A stretch of DNA of 54,028 bases, filler included, from Squatina squatina (Eukaryota): the NCBI GenBank assembly GCA_031763465.1. It is 3 parts of 3 records of this genome, joined end to end, with 100 filler letters (N's around TTAATTAATTAA, not from the genome) between each part and the next. Parts side by side here need not be neighbours in the genome. Positions count along the whole stretch, not along the records: positions 12,938 to 39,636 come from JARFOE010000004.1; positions 39,737 to 54,028 come from JARFOE010000080.1; 1 more part is not named here. The stretch is one strand, 5' to 3'. The position numbers were made by a program, and so were the translations under genes. Shown in pieces: positions 27,402 to 39,822 of the stretch. The stretch's first letter is position 1. Every line of letters begins with the position of its first letter. The notes under the pieces are model-generated. The model saw nothing but the letters and a program-made list of their open reading frames with translations. It searched no databases and was not told the origin of the DNA.

Positions 27402-28029
27402 NNNNNNNNNNNNNNNNNNNNNNNNNNNNNNNNNNNNNNNNNNNNNNNNNNNNNNNNNNNNNNNNNNNNNNNNNNNNNNNNNNNNNNNNNNNNNNNNNNN
27501 NTTACCTCAGAGAAATTTAGGAGATGCTATTATATGGGTGAATTTAATAATATTCTTAGACATGTTGTAATTTTTATGTCTTTTCTATGTGCCAAGCTGT
27601 ATTTCCAACAGTAAGTACTCAGCTTAGTGGTAAACCTAAGAGGACAGCTGAAAGGTGTTCAAATATTTATTGAACAATTTGATGGGCTCAATGTTTTATC
27701 AGTAGCTGTTGCTGACAGCCCATTTTTAATTCATAACTCTTGGTTTTCATTATTTCGTCCTACTGGCTGACTAATATCTTCCCTACCTGTTCAGCTGTGA
27801 TTTGTTGGGACATTGTGACTATGACATTAAAGTAAATCAGAAGCAAATGTGACACAGAAACTTGCAAATATGGACCAAAATTTGATGGACAAATAAGAGC
27901 ATGATAGACACAACATGATAGAACTCCCACATCTCCTGCTATAAGTGGCTGTTTACCACATTTCTCCAGGGTTTCCACCAAAGTTGTGGTAGGAGATTGG
28001 GAGAACCCCTGTGGATTTTCCAGGTTGCA

Positions 28030-28377
28030 CTGTTGCAGGTACCGTCTTTTAGATGAGACATTAAACTGAGGGCCCTGCCTGCCCTCTCAAGGGGACATAA
28101 AAGATCCCATGGCACTATTTCGAAGAAGACCAGGGGAGATCACCCCGGTGTCCCAGCCAATATTTATCCCTCAACTAACACCACTAAAATAGATTACCTG
28201 CTCCTTATTGCATTGCTGTCTGTGGGAGCTTGCTGTCTGTGGGAGCTTGCTGTGCACAAATTGGCTGCCACGTTTCCAACATTACAACAGTGACTACATT
28301 TCAAAAGTATTTCATTGGCTGTAAAGCATTTGGGATGTCCTGAGGTTATGTAAGGCGCTGTAAAAATGCAAGTCTTT
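28030..28377 (+). mobile_element. DeuSINE (SacSINE1-like), 5'-truncated
   Basis: Deu domain and tail homologous to 48500-48914. Internal 17-bp tandem duplication tgtgggagcttgctgtc. Confidence 0.85.
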
Positions 28378-29879
28378 ACAGTAGTTGATGCCGATATCTT
28401 TAACAACTGGCACCCTTCATGTTCGTATTTGTCCTGTGCTCGTACTTTACATTAACATCTACATCTCACACCTGTGCTCTCCTTTAAGTCGTTCAGCTGG
28501 GCCTTGAGGGGGTCCACCCTAAAGCAGATTGACTTGGTTGAGTGAACATACTTGTGGCTGACCTAGGTCACCAAAAACCTTCTCACGTTTCTCCTTGTGC
28601 AGTTTACCAACATACGCAGAGTTTGATTGGTAGGNNNNNNNNNNNNNNNNNNNNNNNNNNNNNNNNNNNNNNNNNNNNNNNNNNNNNNNNNNNNNNNNNN
28701 NNNNNNNNNNNNNNNNNNNNNNNNNNNNNNNNNNGGGTGTATGCAAGATGTATCATACCAGAGGTGAGGATTTTTTTAAAAAATCATTTTGCCCTGCAGT
28801 TTGGGAAAAGGTAATTAGCATGAATAAGTATTAAGGAAAGGGAGAAATTCCATTAGCAATGAAGTTTTATGCAAATAAATTAGATTTTCTTTTTGCTTTT
28901 ATAGCAGAAAGTAACACATATAAATGTGTTTATAACTAATTAACATGCAACACTAATCTACCAAGCAATTTCAGAGTAATTTCTTACACCTTTCTCCCTA
29001 TCGGGGATTCCATCTATTATACAGAGTACCTTGCATAACCAGATTTTCAGTCATATGAAGGAGTTGCTATGGATACACTAACCTAAAGGACATGAACCTT
29101 TCACCTCCTTCAGAAAATTAGGTTATGCAACCAACTAATTAATTTTATGCTCTTAATGTGATTAATTTTGTATGCTTTCGTGATGTTATGTGAATGCAAA
29201 GTGCAGAGAATTTCAACCGAGGAAGGTAAATGTTAATATCAATAAGTCTGACATTTTAGGGAATTAGTAAATCAAAAACTTTTGACATGAAAGATTCTGT
29301 ACAATTCTGCTTGTTTCAGTTCAAGTAATCTGCGTAATTCTCATGATTGCAAGGGTAAATCAATTTTCTTTCTGAAATGGTAATTAAGTTATATGGGAAT
29401 TGATTTAAAAAAAAATTATTTGATTCACCAGGGAGGGCCGTACACAGATTGCTGTCAGAAATACTTCATTAGTATGGTAACTGTCTACTGTGCAGTCACA
29501 GTGTTAGCTATGCCATAAAGTTTGTAAAGAGCATTATCTCTTGAAAGTGTACTGTGATTTTCCATTCAAATTACCTCCAAAATATGGGTTAATAAAGGAT
29601 AAAGCCCTAAACGTTAAAGTACATCAATAAAATTTGGAAATGAGTATGCGGGGTGGGGGCAGAGGNNNNNNNNNNNNNNNNNNNNNNNNNNNNNNNNNNN
29701 NNNNNNNNNNNNNNNNNNNNNNNNNNNNNNNNNNNNNNNNNNNNNNNNNNNNNNNNNNNNNNNNNTCCTCGTTGGATATACTTGTTGGCAGCAGTTCTCA
29801 TACATACATTCAGTGTGGAGCAGTGTGCATGGAGGCTTCACTGAGTCATCATTGAGCTGTGCCATGTGCAGCCTGACAG

Positions 29880-30600
29880 CTGGGTGAAGACTGCACTTTC
29901 AGTAGCTGTGAAAATCACCACTGCTTTAAATTTCTATGCAAATGGTTCTTTCCAGGGAGCCACAGGAGACATTTCCAACAGATCCTAGTTTGCTGTGCAT
30001 CGCTCTATCCGAGAGGTCACAGATGCTCTCTATCGAAAGAAGAGGCAGTACATCTCCTTCCCCATGACCAGAGAGAAGCAGCAGGAGTTCGTAATGGAAT
30101 TAGTCTGGATGGTGGGCTTCCCCATGGTGCAGGGTGCCATAGAAGGCACACACGATGCTCTGAAGGCACCGCAACACAATCCAGAACAGTTCCGCAACCA
30201 CAAAGGCTTCCACTCACTTAGTGTCCAGTTGGTGTGTAACCACAAATGAATGACCATGATGGTGAATGCCCGCTATCCTGGCAGTGCCCACGATGCTGTC
30301 AGAGTAGGGTACCAGCACTCTTCCAGCCACCAAACCAACCTCGCGGCTGGATGCTCGGGGACAAGGGCTATCCACTACAAACCTGGCTCATGATTCCTGC
30401 CCAGCACTCGTACAATGACAGCCATGCCGCCATCAGGAGCATTATTGAGCAGACCATCAGAGTGCTGAAGCAATAATTCCATTGTCCGGACCGCTTGGGA
30501 GGCGTCCTTCAGTACTCACCTGACCGGGTCCCCTTATTCGTCGACGTCTGCCGCATGCTGCATAACCTGGCCATCATGAGGGCACAGCCCTTGCTAACAG
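29880..30600 (+). pseudogene. HARBI1-like DDE transposase relic
   Basis: Motifs across frames: [102 protein letters not shown]. Contains stops, frameshifts and D>E at the first catalytic residue. Confidence 0.9.
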
Positions 30601-32089
30601 ACATGGCTGCAGTAGCGGAGGACACTGAGGAGACCCAGGAGCTGCGAAGGAAGAGAAAGGCCATTCACAGAGATCCTGCAAGGGAGGCCCGTGACAATCT
30701 CGATTCCACTAATTCCCATCCAACTTGCCAATCATGGCAGACGTCCCCATCACCATATCCATCTGCCCTTCCGCTGCCACTTCCACGCACTGAAATGAAA
30801 CACAGCAGCTCAGACTAAAGAATAACAAAGATTTATCCAAATGAAATCCTAATAACAAAACAATGTATTCATGAATCACCCTTGTGCATCTCCTTATATC
30901 CCCTTTTCAATCCTTCTAATCTACTATTCCTCCTCAGTGACTCCTGTGACTGGAGCAGGACCGGTTGAAAGCTGCTCTGATTCATTCCCGTTGACTACAG
31001 GTGGCCTTCTCGGACGCCCTCGAGCATCTCTGCCCCTGGAAGGGCTGAGTGAAGACTGCACCACCTCAGACTGGGCAGCGGCAGGCTGGGCTGCCTAGGT
31101 GACAGTCGTGGACAGCTGCAATGGCGGAGGGGCAATGGCAGGATCAGAAATGTTGTCATCCTGAGAGAGGACAGCAGGTTTTGTCTCCGCTGCAACACTG
31201 CCACTCCCCTGGGGCAGCACCTCAGCATCCCCACCAATCTGATGGAGCTCAGATTGGTGCACCTCAGTGTTCCTGTGAGATCCCCGGTGGACTGTGTTGG
31301 ACCCAGCGGCGATGGCAGCAGTCAGGGCTAGGATGGCATGCAGCTGAGACTGCATGAGACAGTTTGAGCATCTATGCGAGCAGCCGTTGACTCCATTGCA
31401 GCAGCAAGACACTGTGTTGCCTCGGTCTGTGCCATAATAGAGGATGCCACATCGCCCATGAGACACCTCCTGAGATCTGGATCCGTACGCTCTCTATGGG
31501 AGTCCACCAGCGTCTGAAGGCTCAATGATGGGCTCAATGGTGTGCGCAGAGCTCTGCACAATGTGGGAGGTGGACTACCCGGGCATCCTTGCCATTGCCT
31601 CTGTCCATTCTGAGTGCATGCCTGTCACCCTCTTTGGGTCAGACTCACCCTCGAGGTCTGCATCTGTGTCTTCCACGGCAGGACTCACGCCTGAGCTTCC
31701 CTTTCCCCCTTACCTTGCTGTAGCCCGCTAGGCCCCGGTACTTCACCAAGTGAATAACTGTCCCCTAACCTAGCCTGTACTAACCACGAGGTGTGTGTAT
31801 CTGAGCTGCTGCTTGTGCGTGGGAGAAGTGGTGACGGTGGGTTTAGCAACTCCTCCTCTTCCTCTGCAAACTCTTCCCCCTCTTTTTCCTCATCACGTTC
31901 ATGGCTGGGCTACGGGACAGGCTCAGGAATTGGTTGGTCGTTGTCTGAAAGCATAAATGGCACAATAGTTGCTTTAAGGGTCGGGAAGGGGGCAGGAATA
32001 CAGCAAGGAGTGCAGACTGAGTGAGCTCCTTTACATGTTTAAGGCCTTATGGTGTAAGGAGAAAATATGATAAGAGGAGGAAATGCAAA

Positions 32090-32714
32090 TCCATTGTTGC
32101 CCCCAGCAGGCTGCCACGGGCTCCACCACCTGCGGCCCAATGAGCCTCAGCACTCACTCTTCCAGGTCGGAGAGTGGTGTTATTTCAGCTGGCCCTCCCC
32201 CAGTCTAATGCTCCTGAGTGCAGTTGTGGGCTACCTTGCCCTTCAAATAAAGGAAGGTCTGTTAGCATCATTGAAGTTACATATGGTGAGGCAATGCCTG
32301 CCTTGGTTGAATAATGCTCAATGTAGGCAAGGTGTGAAATGAGGATGAGGCTATGAGTGTGGACTGATGAATCCTGCATGCATGTTGGGTTGGGGGCTGC
32401 ATTAAAGACTCTTTACAGATAGAAGAGGAGGCTACGGAAAACAATAACACTGCCACTAACCTTGATGACTCGAGTGGGGTCATTGAATTTCTTTCTGCAC
32501 TGGGTGGAGGTGCAATCAACCACATCTACCCCAGAGACATCCATGGTAATTGCTTGCCACAGAGCACGACACAGCTATAGGGCCGGCCTTCTTCCAGAGG
32601 GGGGTACAGCTGCCACCTCCGTGCCTCCATTGCACCCACCAACATTGCCAGGGCCACGTCATTGAAGTGGCGAGACCGCTGTCTAGAATCTTCTCCAGGT
32701 CTGACCAGCAGCAC
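32090..32714 (-). pseudogene. Harbinger Myb/SANT-like DNA-binding gene relic, first two exons
   Basis: RQRSRHFNDVALAMLVGAMEARRWQLYP ... QCRKKFNDPTRVIK, then an intron and GKVAHN...TGGGPAEITPLSDLEE*VLRLIG. Contains frameshifts and stops. Confidence 0.8.
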
Positions 32715-32984
32715 ATATGAGCAGAGAGGGTAGATGAAGGCAGGACCAATTTCCCCTTTAAGGGCTCCAATGGGGTGGAAACTGATTAGTGCTGAATCAT
32801 TNNNNNNNNNNNNNNNNNNNNNNNNNNNNNNNNNNNNNNNNNNNNNNNNNNNNNNNNNNNNNNNNNNNNNNNNNNNNNNNNNNNNNNNNNNNNNNNNNNN
32901 NATGATCGTGTTGAATGGCGGTGCAGGCTCGAAGGGCCGAATGGCCTACTCCTGCACCTATTTTCTATGTTTCTATGACACAAA

Positions 32985-33270
32985 GGGGCTGAAATTGCCT
33001 CCTGTCTCACTGGAAACGCATATGGGGCGGGAGCCAGTATTTCGCTCACTGGCGTCCGCCCCAGCCGTCCCAGTATTCGCTACTCCGGGGTGCCTGCGGG
33101 ACGCAGTGCACTCCCGGATGCTCCTGGGGCAGCCGGGATCAGATGCCAGTGGCGTGGCTTGAAAGAGTTCACTTTCTGCCACCAGCAGGAGCCTCACTCG
33201 CAGAGAGGTACATGTTGGAACATTACTCCTCACTACTCAGGACGGATACAGTAATGTTATTTTGTGCACT
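32985..33270. mobile_element. Harbinger-like terminal fragment
   Basis: Starts ggggctgaaattgcc and continues as a CpG-rich block. Confidence 0.5.
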
Positions 33271-35365
33271 TTTACAATTCATCAAGTGATGGTTAGATAG
33301 AGAACAATGATATTTTCTCTCTCTCTCTCTCCCTTCCCCTGTATTCCCTTCACAGAAGAATTCCAACTTCAACAGTCAAAATTTCAGCTCTTCAGATCCT
33401 CTGTCCTTGAGGCGAAAGACTGAACAGTTGCCAAGTTTAGCTCAGTTCTCTGCTGGAGATCTGTTTTGTCAAGTAACCCGGTATTGATATTACTCAATTA
33501 TCAAAGTTGTTTTTGTCCCTGAAATATAGAAGATCATAATAACCTTCTCTTAGGTTGTATTCAATCATAAGTCTGCAGTGACTAAGGGTATACAGTTTCC
33601 TTTCTAAATCCATAGCTTGCTCCATATCAGGCATCTCTGATTTATAATAGTCTTGAATTGTGGTCTCTGTAGGCGACCATAGTGTCATTAGCTGATTAGG
33701 GAATCACCTCTACTGCCAACTTCTTGGCTGTTTAATTAGTAACATGAATTATAATTATTTTCCATTCGTTTTTCTGAACAACTCTTTCCAAAAATATTCA
33801 TCAGCTCTATTTTCCAATGAACAAAAGATACTGCAGTGCATTTTTATTTATTTTGATTCTGGGCCAGCAGCCAGAATCCGCACGTATGCACATTACCTTA
33901 ACATCTGTCTCCTGCTCATCAGCATGATAAAGGCTCTGAAAAGATGTTTCCTCAAATGGCTCGAAGGCATCAAGTCAAATCTGCTGTGGGGAAAGTGGTT
34001 ACAAGAAAGCAAGCCTTGCTCAATAGAGCAGAGCATTGTGCTAAAATCACACCAGGCTTGCTGCGGGAGAAGCAACAGACTCCTAGTGTTTTGTGTAAAG
34101 GTCGGGGGAAAAGTACGGATNNNNNNNNNNNNNNNNNNNNNNNNNNNNNNNNNNNNNNNNNNNNNNNNNNNNNNNNNNNNNNNNNNNNNNNNNNNNNNNN
34201 NNNNNNNNNNNNNNNNNNNNGGTTGTGAAAGGCACTATATAAATGCAAGTTCTCTCTTTCTTTCTATTAAATCCTTCCTGCTGTCAGTTTCTCATCTTGT
34301 TTTTAAATTCTTACATTAGTGCAATGGTGCAGAATTTTAGCTAGCCTTGTAGAAGTAGTTTTATGATGATTGGTGTTTAAAGCATGCAGTCAATATTGAA
34401 AATTGTCTCTGGATGACTATAATTATGAATTCTTGTTTTACCTTCTATTTTATGACAAAAATTACAAAATCAATAGCCATTAAAAATGTTTTGGCATAGT
34501 CTAGAAGTGCTTCATCCCTGTCTCTGCTTAATCAACCTCATAATTCAGCTTTATACCACGATTAAGTAGTGACAACCAGCTTGCACATGACCTGCATAAA
34601 CTACAGATAATGACCAGCTAGCACCATTTTGAATAAAAATTTATAATTCAGACTTGAATCTATATTAGACGACCAGCCGTCAAAGGCCTTCTAAAGTCAG
34701 TCCCAAAGCTGGTCATTATACAGCAATTGTCTCGCAAGTGAATAGGTGTAAGAATCTCATGAATATTAATAAAAAAGGATCGTGTGGGAAAGGGCATCAT
34801 TAATATTAACTTATTGGTGCATCTGATACTATATTGTATGAATTTCAATAAGTTTGGAATGTCTCCGAGACTGAGTTTCATAAATATCTAAATGTAAATG
34901 AATCTGAAAATTAGCTCAATTAACGTGAATGGGTGTGGCTCTCAGAATAGGCTTATAAATATGAGCAGGCCCATGAATACAATTAATAAACATAACAAAG
35001 GAGAGTCAACTAATAAATTCAGTAACATTAGCCTCTGTCTGTGAACAAAGTTCATGAATATTTACGAGAAGGCCACAGAGAAAACTGGCATCATGAATAT
35101 GGATCAATGAAGGTCAACACACAAAAAAATCAGGAATGTATAAATGAAAGCAGAGTTGTTTCAAAAATGAGTTTCATGGACATTACCGAGATAGTCAGAT
35201 CACATAAGAAAACATCCCTGCTTGTGTCCTGTGCAATGTGCAACCAAGCTACGTTGGTGTCCTTGNNNNNNNNNNNNNNNNNNNNNNNNNNNNNNNNNNN
35301 NNNNNNNNNNNNNNNNNNNNNNNNNNNNNNNNNNNNNNNNNNNNNNNNNNNNNNNNNNNNNNNNN

Positions 35366-35700
35366 AGGGGAGACATGGGAGAGCCTGGGTGCAGCCCTGC
35401 ACCTCTGTGCAGTGATTGTCAGTGTTTGCAGCAGCTCAATGCTGTAGAACACTTACAGCACAACTATCAAACCAAAATTGCGCATGGTCCCTTTAAGGAA
35501 ATCGGCTGATGATGCGTCATAAAATGACATTATCAGACCCACTTCCTTTTAATTGGCTGGGAGCCTCGCTGGGTGGGCTTAACAAGCCCAATGAATGTAA
35601 AATCACTTCTACAGAATGGGCTGGAGCCAGCAGCAGCTTTGGAGCCCGCCACCGACCACAGCCGCACCGAACCCGCCTCAGTAGGCAAAATCAGTGCCTA
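35366..35700 (-). mobile_element. Harbinger fragment (start of Myb ORF and upstream terminal region)
   Basis: Minus strand reads RAAPRLSHVS, resembling the RAAPRFSD start of these ORFs. The ccctttaag motif is shared with other Harbinger-like copies in the window. Confidence 0.5.
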
Positions 35701-36839
35701 TGATTCCAAAAGCTTTTCACCACTGGGGTTTCCCTCGCATCATGCCTGGGTCTGTTTATAGAGTAATAGATAGAGGTTGATCACTATGATTGGTCAAATT
35801 CCATTATTTTTGCATCATGAGACTAACAGGGTGGTAAAAGGTGAATTTGTTGGAAGGAAGTTGTTCTGACACTCTAACTACCCCCACCCAAACAGATTGT
35901 ATTGCAATCATACCTTGCTCAAGAACTCAAATCTGATTCAAATAGGGAAAGTAAATTTTAGTGCTTGGTAATATGTGAATATGATAATAATTTTTTCTGT
36001 GATGTTCTCAAAAGAGAATACAATAATTTTTGCAGTCAGCAAGGAGTTAAAATTTTCTGGCCACTCCTCCTAACATCTACTTCTTTGGCATGGCATCGAT
36101 TTTCTCCTCACGCTTCTTGGGTTTACATTGGGACAATTTGTTTCTGCTTACAGGGGCTATTCCATCATTTGCTCTTTTACTTTAATCTCTACAGATTTTC
36201 AGGTACATAAGCCACATTTGTTTCCTTGTTTGAAGAGAGACATAAGAGTTACAAAAATTCCACAGCAAGTTGAATGTAGTTGCAGCATCTCTTGGTTTGT
36301 TTCTCAAGCATGTCACAAGAACTATAATTATATCTTCAGCCGTTCGCAGACTGGCAGTTTTTAAACAGCATTAACAAATATTCTTAAATCTTCCTTGTAT
36401 TTGGTGTTTGACAAGTGTAGCCAATTTATTTTACTTAGCTCTCCTTCGAACACCTGTTTTTGAGACTTGCAATTGTATTATTGCATGATTTATTGAAACT
36501 GTGGGCAGCTGACATTGCTACACCACAGGCAGAACAATATTTTTCTCACATTTATAAAATGGGTGGTAAATATGTTAGCATGAATAATTAGATTTTCAGT
36601 GTAATATTTAAAACAGAGCCAACTATTCATCATAATCACTTGTATGTTGACTGGAGAAGCAATAAAAATATGTGCTTTATTTGAATTCTAGAAATATTTG
36701 ATTCCAGATAAAATAAGTGTTTAAAATTACTTCTGAAGGAAACCAAAGTGTACTAGGAAGAAACTTTTCTGTGGTTCTGCCAAATTAAAGCTAGCTAAAT
36801 TGAAGATATTGTAGGCAAGATCATGAGCAAATATATACC

Positions 36840-37005
36840 ACAGAAGGTTATGGGTTCAAGTCCCACTCCGGAGACTTAAGCACATAATCCAAGTTTGTGC
36901 ATCTAATCTAGGCTGACATTTCAGTGCAGTATTGAGGGGATGTCGCACTGGTGGAGATGACATCTATTAGATGAGACCTTAAACTGAGACCCCTCTTGGG
37001 TGGTT
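36840..37005 (+). mobile_element. DeuSINE head fragment
   Basis: B box gggttcaagtcccactcc followed by ggctgacatttcagtgcag...gatgagaccttaaactgag, homologous to 48420-48540. Confidence 0.8.
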
Positions 37006-37104
37006 NNNNNNNNNNNNNNNNNNNNNNNNNNNNNNNNNNNNNNNNNNNNNNNNNNNNNNNNNNNNNNNNNNNNNNNNNNNNNNNNNNNNNNNNNNNNNNN
37101 NNNN

Positions 37105-37400
37105 NCTTGTAATCGAAAGTAGAAGGCAGTGAGAAATGGAAAAGTTCTGGGGGCAGTGATTACTCAGGTTCTGCAAGAATCCATCTGGATCCCCTGCTGT
37201 TCATATAATTCATAAATGACATGGGGACAGGTACTTTTCAGTAAGACAACACATACTGATGAAACTCAGCTCCATTCTCAAGTGAAGAGTATGAGGGACA
37301 CTGTCAAAGGGATTGGGACCAATTAGATGGCTGGGTTAAGGACGAACAGATGGATATTGATGTAGGTAAATATATAGTCATACATGTTGGAACAGGAAAT
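37105..37400 (+). mobile_element. Old degenerate CR1-type RT fragment
   Basis: Frameshifted remnants of W..V.G...QESILDPLLFI.FIND, ADET.L and W...QMD.DV.K..VIHVG motifs. Confidence 0.55.
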
Positions 37401-38596
37401 ATTAAACATTGGAACAGGAAATATTAACTATATATAAAAGCAAAAATATAAGATGCTGGATAAATTCAGGCCAACTCATCCACCACAGTTTCTCCTGCTT
37501 TAAAATATATGTCTTCTCTGTAATGATGGCCATGTATACGTTCACAGGGCTTGACCCATATGCATGCACAAGCCACACAATAGCAGGTATGAGTGAATGA
37601 ACTGATCATTTTTAGTTTGGATTGTACAGCTCTCATTTGTGATGAAAGTTTCTGAAATGATTTGCCTATTGAGCACTGAATTAGTGATGTTTTCAATGCT
37701 GAATGAACAAGGTCGGCACAGAAATATAAACTGGTCTGAACCATGATGTCAGGTATATCAACTAAAAGCAGGTGTTTTTAACATTGCTTCACTGAAAACT
37801 GGAAGAGATGGGTTTGTTTTTTTTAAAAAAAGGACCGTTTTACTATTATGAAGTTTCCAACAAATGGTCATGACCTTCAAAGCAGTAGTGTCACTGATTC
37901 TTCGAGGCACATTTCTGTACGTGCCTTGTTCATCTTCATTACTTTCTGTTTCTCTTCTCGTGTTTAATCAGGTATCTACCAAAACTCACTTCCACAGCCA
38001 CATCTCTTTTCTCAGCAANNNNNNNNNNNNNNNNNNNNNNNNNNNNNNNNNNNNNNNNNNNNNNNNNNNNNNNNNNNNNNNNNNNNNNNNNNNNNNNNNN
38101 NNNNNNNNNNNNNNNNNNAAAGAAAGGACAAAATTTGTAATCCAATTCGAGCAATTTACAGACGGGCTGACTTCAGTAAAGACCTTGGCAGTCAGAACAA
38201 GTAGAACAACTTGCCTGACAATGCGTTCTGGAAAAGGGCCAAATATTTGTCTTTAAGTTTTTTTTCACATTTCTGCCAGTACAGTAATACCACAATGCCA
38301 TCTTCTGTACAAAGCCATGCTAGCACATTCTGCAATACACAATTCTGTAGCTTTTCATAAAAATAACTTTTTAAAATTTGTCTTCTCCCTCTCTTGGAGG
38401 TGCTAATCCTATGGGATAAAAGGACTGATTTCCCAATCCTGGAAAAGGTGCTCCCACATTAGAGGGGAGGGGAGCTGGGAGACTACATTGACAGACTGAA
38501 TCTGGTGAGATCAGCTCATTTATATAATTGTGTATGCTTACTATATGTTTTCCACATGTGCAGGGCTCACTCACTCAATTAACATACTCAGTAAAC

Positions 38597-39590
38597 ACCT
38601 ATGCTCAGCTGCTTATCAGACTGGAAGGAAGTATGCAGTGGGGTTCCCCAGGGATTGATATTAGGACCACTGCTCTTTTTGATATCTATCAACGGTGTCG
38701 ACTCGGGTATAGGGGGCATAATTTCAAAATTTGTAGATGACACCAAGCTTGGAAATGGAGTAACCATTGAGGAGGGGAGTAACAGGGAGGACATAGACTG
38801 GTGAAATGGGTAGGCACATGACAGATGAAATTTAATGTAGAGAAGTGTGAAGGGATACATTCAGTGGGGAGAATGAGGAGAGGCATTATAAACTAAACGG
38901 TACAATTTTAAAAGGGGTGCAGGAACAGAGATGCCTGGGGATGTATGTACATAAATATTTGAAGATGGCAGGGCAAGTTGAGAAGGCTGTTAAAAAAGCA
39001 CATGAGATCCTTGACTTTATTAATAGAGGCATAGAATACAAAAGCAAGGAAGTTATGCTAAACCTTTATGTTCAATTCTTGGCACCACATTTTAGGAAGG
39101 ATGACAAGATCTTAGAGATGGTGCAGAAGAGATTTACTAGAATGGTACCAGGGATGAGGGACTTCAGCTATGTGGAGAGACAGAAGAAGCTGGGACTGTT
39201 CTCCTCAGAGTAGGTTGAAGGAAGATTTGATAGAGGTGTTCAAAATCATGCACGGTTTTGATAGAGTACATAAGAAGAAATTGTTTCCAGTGCAGAAGGG
39301 TCGGTAGCCAGAGGACACTGATTTAAGGTGGTTCGCAAAAAAAACCAGAGACAACATGAGGAAACATTTTTTTTACACAGCGAGTTCTTGCCTGAAAGGG
39401 TTGTAGAGGCAGATTCAATAGTAACTTTCGAAAGGGAATTCGATAAATACTTGAAGGGAAAACATTTCCAGGACTATGGGGAAAGAGCAGGGGAATGGGG
39501 TTAATTGGAAAGCTGTACCAAAGAGCCGGCACAGACACAATGGGCTGAATAACCTCCTTCTGTGCTGTATCATTCTATGAATCTATGATT
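38597..39590 (+). mobile_element. CR1 LINE 3' portion (RT C-terminus and 3' UTR), degenerate
   Basis: SDWKEVCSGVPQGLILGPLLFLISIN...ISKFVDDTKLG; LDFINRGIEYKSKEVMLNLY; LEMVQKRFTRMVPGM. Ends with the (attctatg)-type CR1 tail. Confidence 0.93.
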
Positions 39591-39636
39591 CCAATTTTAA
39601 CTTTTGGTGATTGTATAAAATGGGCGATATCAGATT

Positions 39637-39736
39637 NNNNNNNNNNNNNNNNNNNNNNNNNNNNNNNNNNNNNNNNNNNNTTAATTAATTAANNNNNNNN
39701 NNNNNNNNNNNNNNNNNNNNNNNNNNNNNNNNNNNN
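39637..39736. other. Artificial scaffold-joining linker
   Basis: Identical 44N-TTAATTAATTAA-44N structure. Confidence 0.95.
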
Positions 39737-39822
39737 GAAAAACTCAGCAGGTCAGGCAGCATCTGTGGAGAGAAAAACAGTCAACGTTTCGGGTCGATGA
39801 CCCTTCGTCAGAAGGGTCCAAA
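39737..39822 (-). mobile_element. Penelope-like pLTR fragment containing a minimal hammerhead core
   Basis: Minus strand reads ctgacga agggtc atc gaccc gaaacgtt gactgtttttctctccacagatgctgcctgacctgctgag. Confidence 0.65.

Larger units (their letters stand above)
29815..32800. mobile_element. Near-complete degenerate Harbinger (PIF/Harbinger) DNA transposon with convergent transposase and Myb/SANT genes
   Basis: HARBI1-like transposase on + (about 29880-30600) converges with a multi-exon Myb/SANT-like ORF on - (about 30900-32715). This is the standard two-gene Harbinger layout. Both ends run into N gaps and TIRs are not visible. Confidence 0.88.

Noticed and set aside
33310-33480. Strong-looking acceptor cacag at 33351-33355 as an ETS exon
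   Set aside because: The pyrimidine tract is a (CT)n microsatellite, the phase-1 frame stops quickly, there is no ETS similarity, and it lies in a different scaffold segment.
33494-33688. Protein-like minus-strand ORF (ETTIQDYYKSEMPDMEQAMDLERKLY...)
   Set aside because: No recognisable family, weak splice signals and no partner exons. A BLASTX hit would reverse this.
37388-37428. 21-bp tandem duplication ttggaacaggaaatattaa (similar short duplication at 23618-23650)
   Set aside because: Simple slippage duplications inside old repeats. Only two units without spacers, so not CRISPR-like or otherwise informative.
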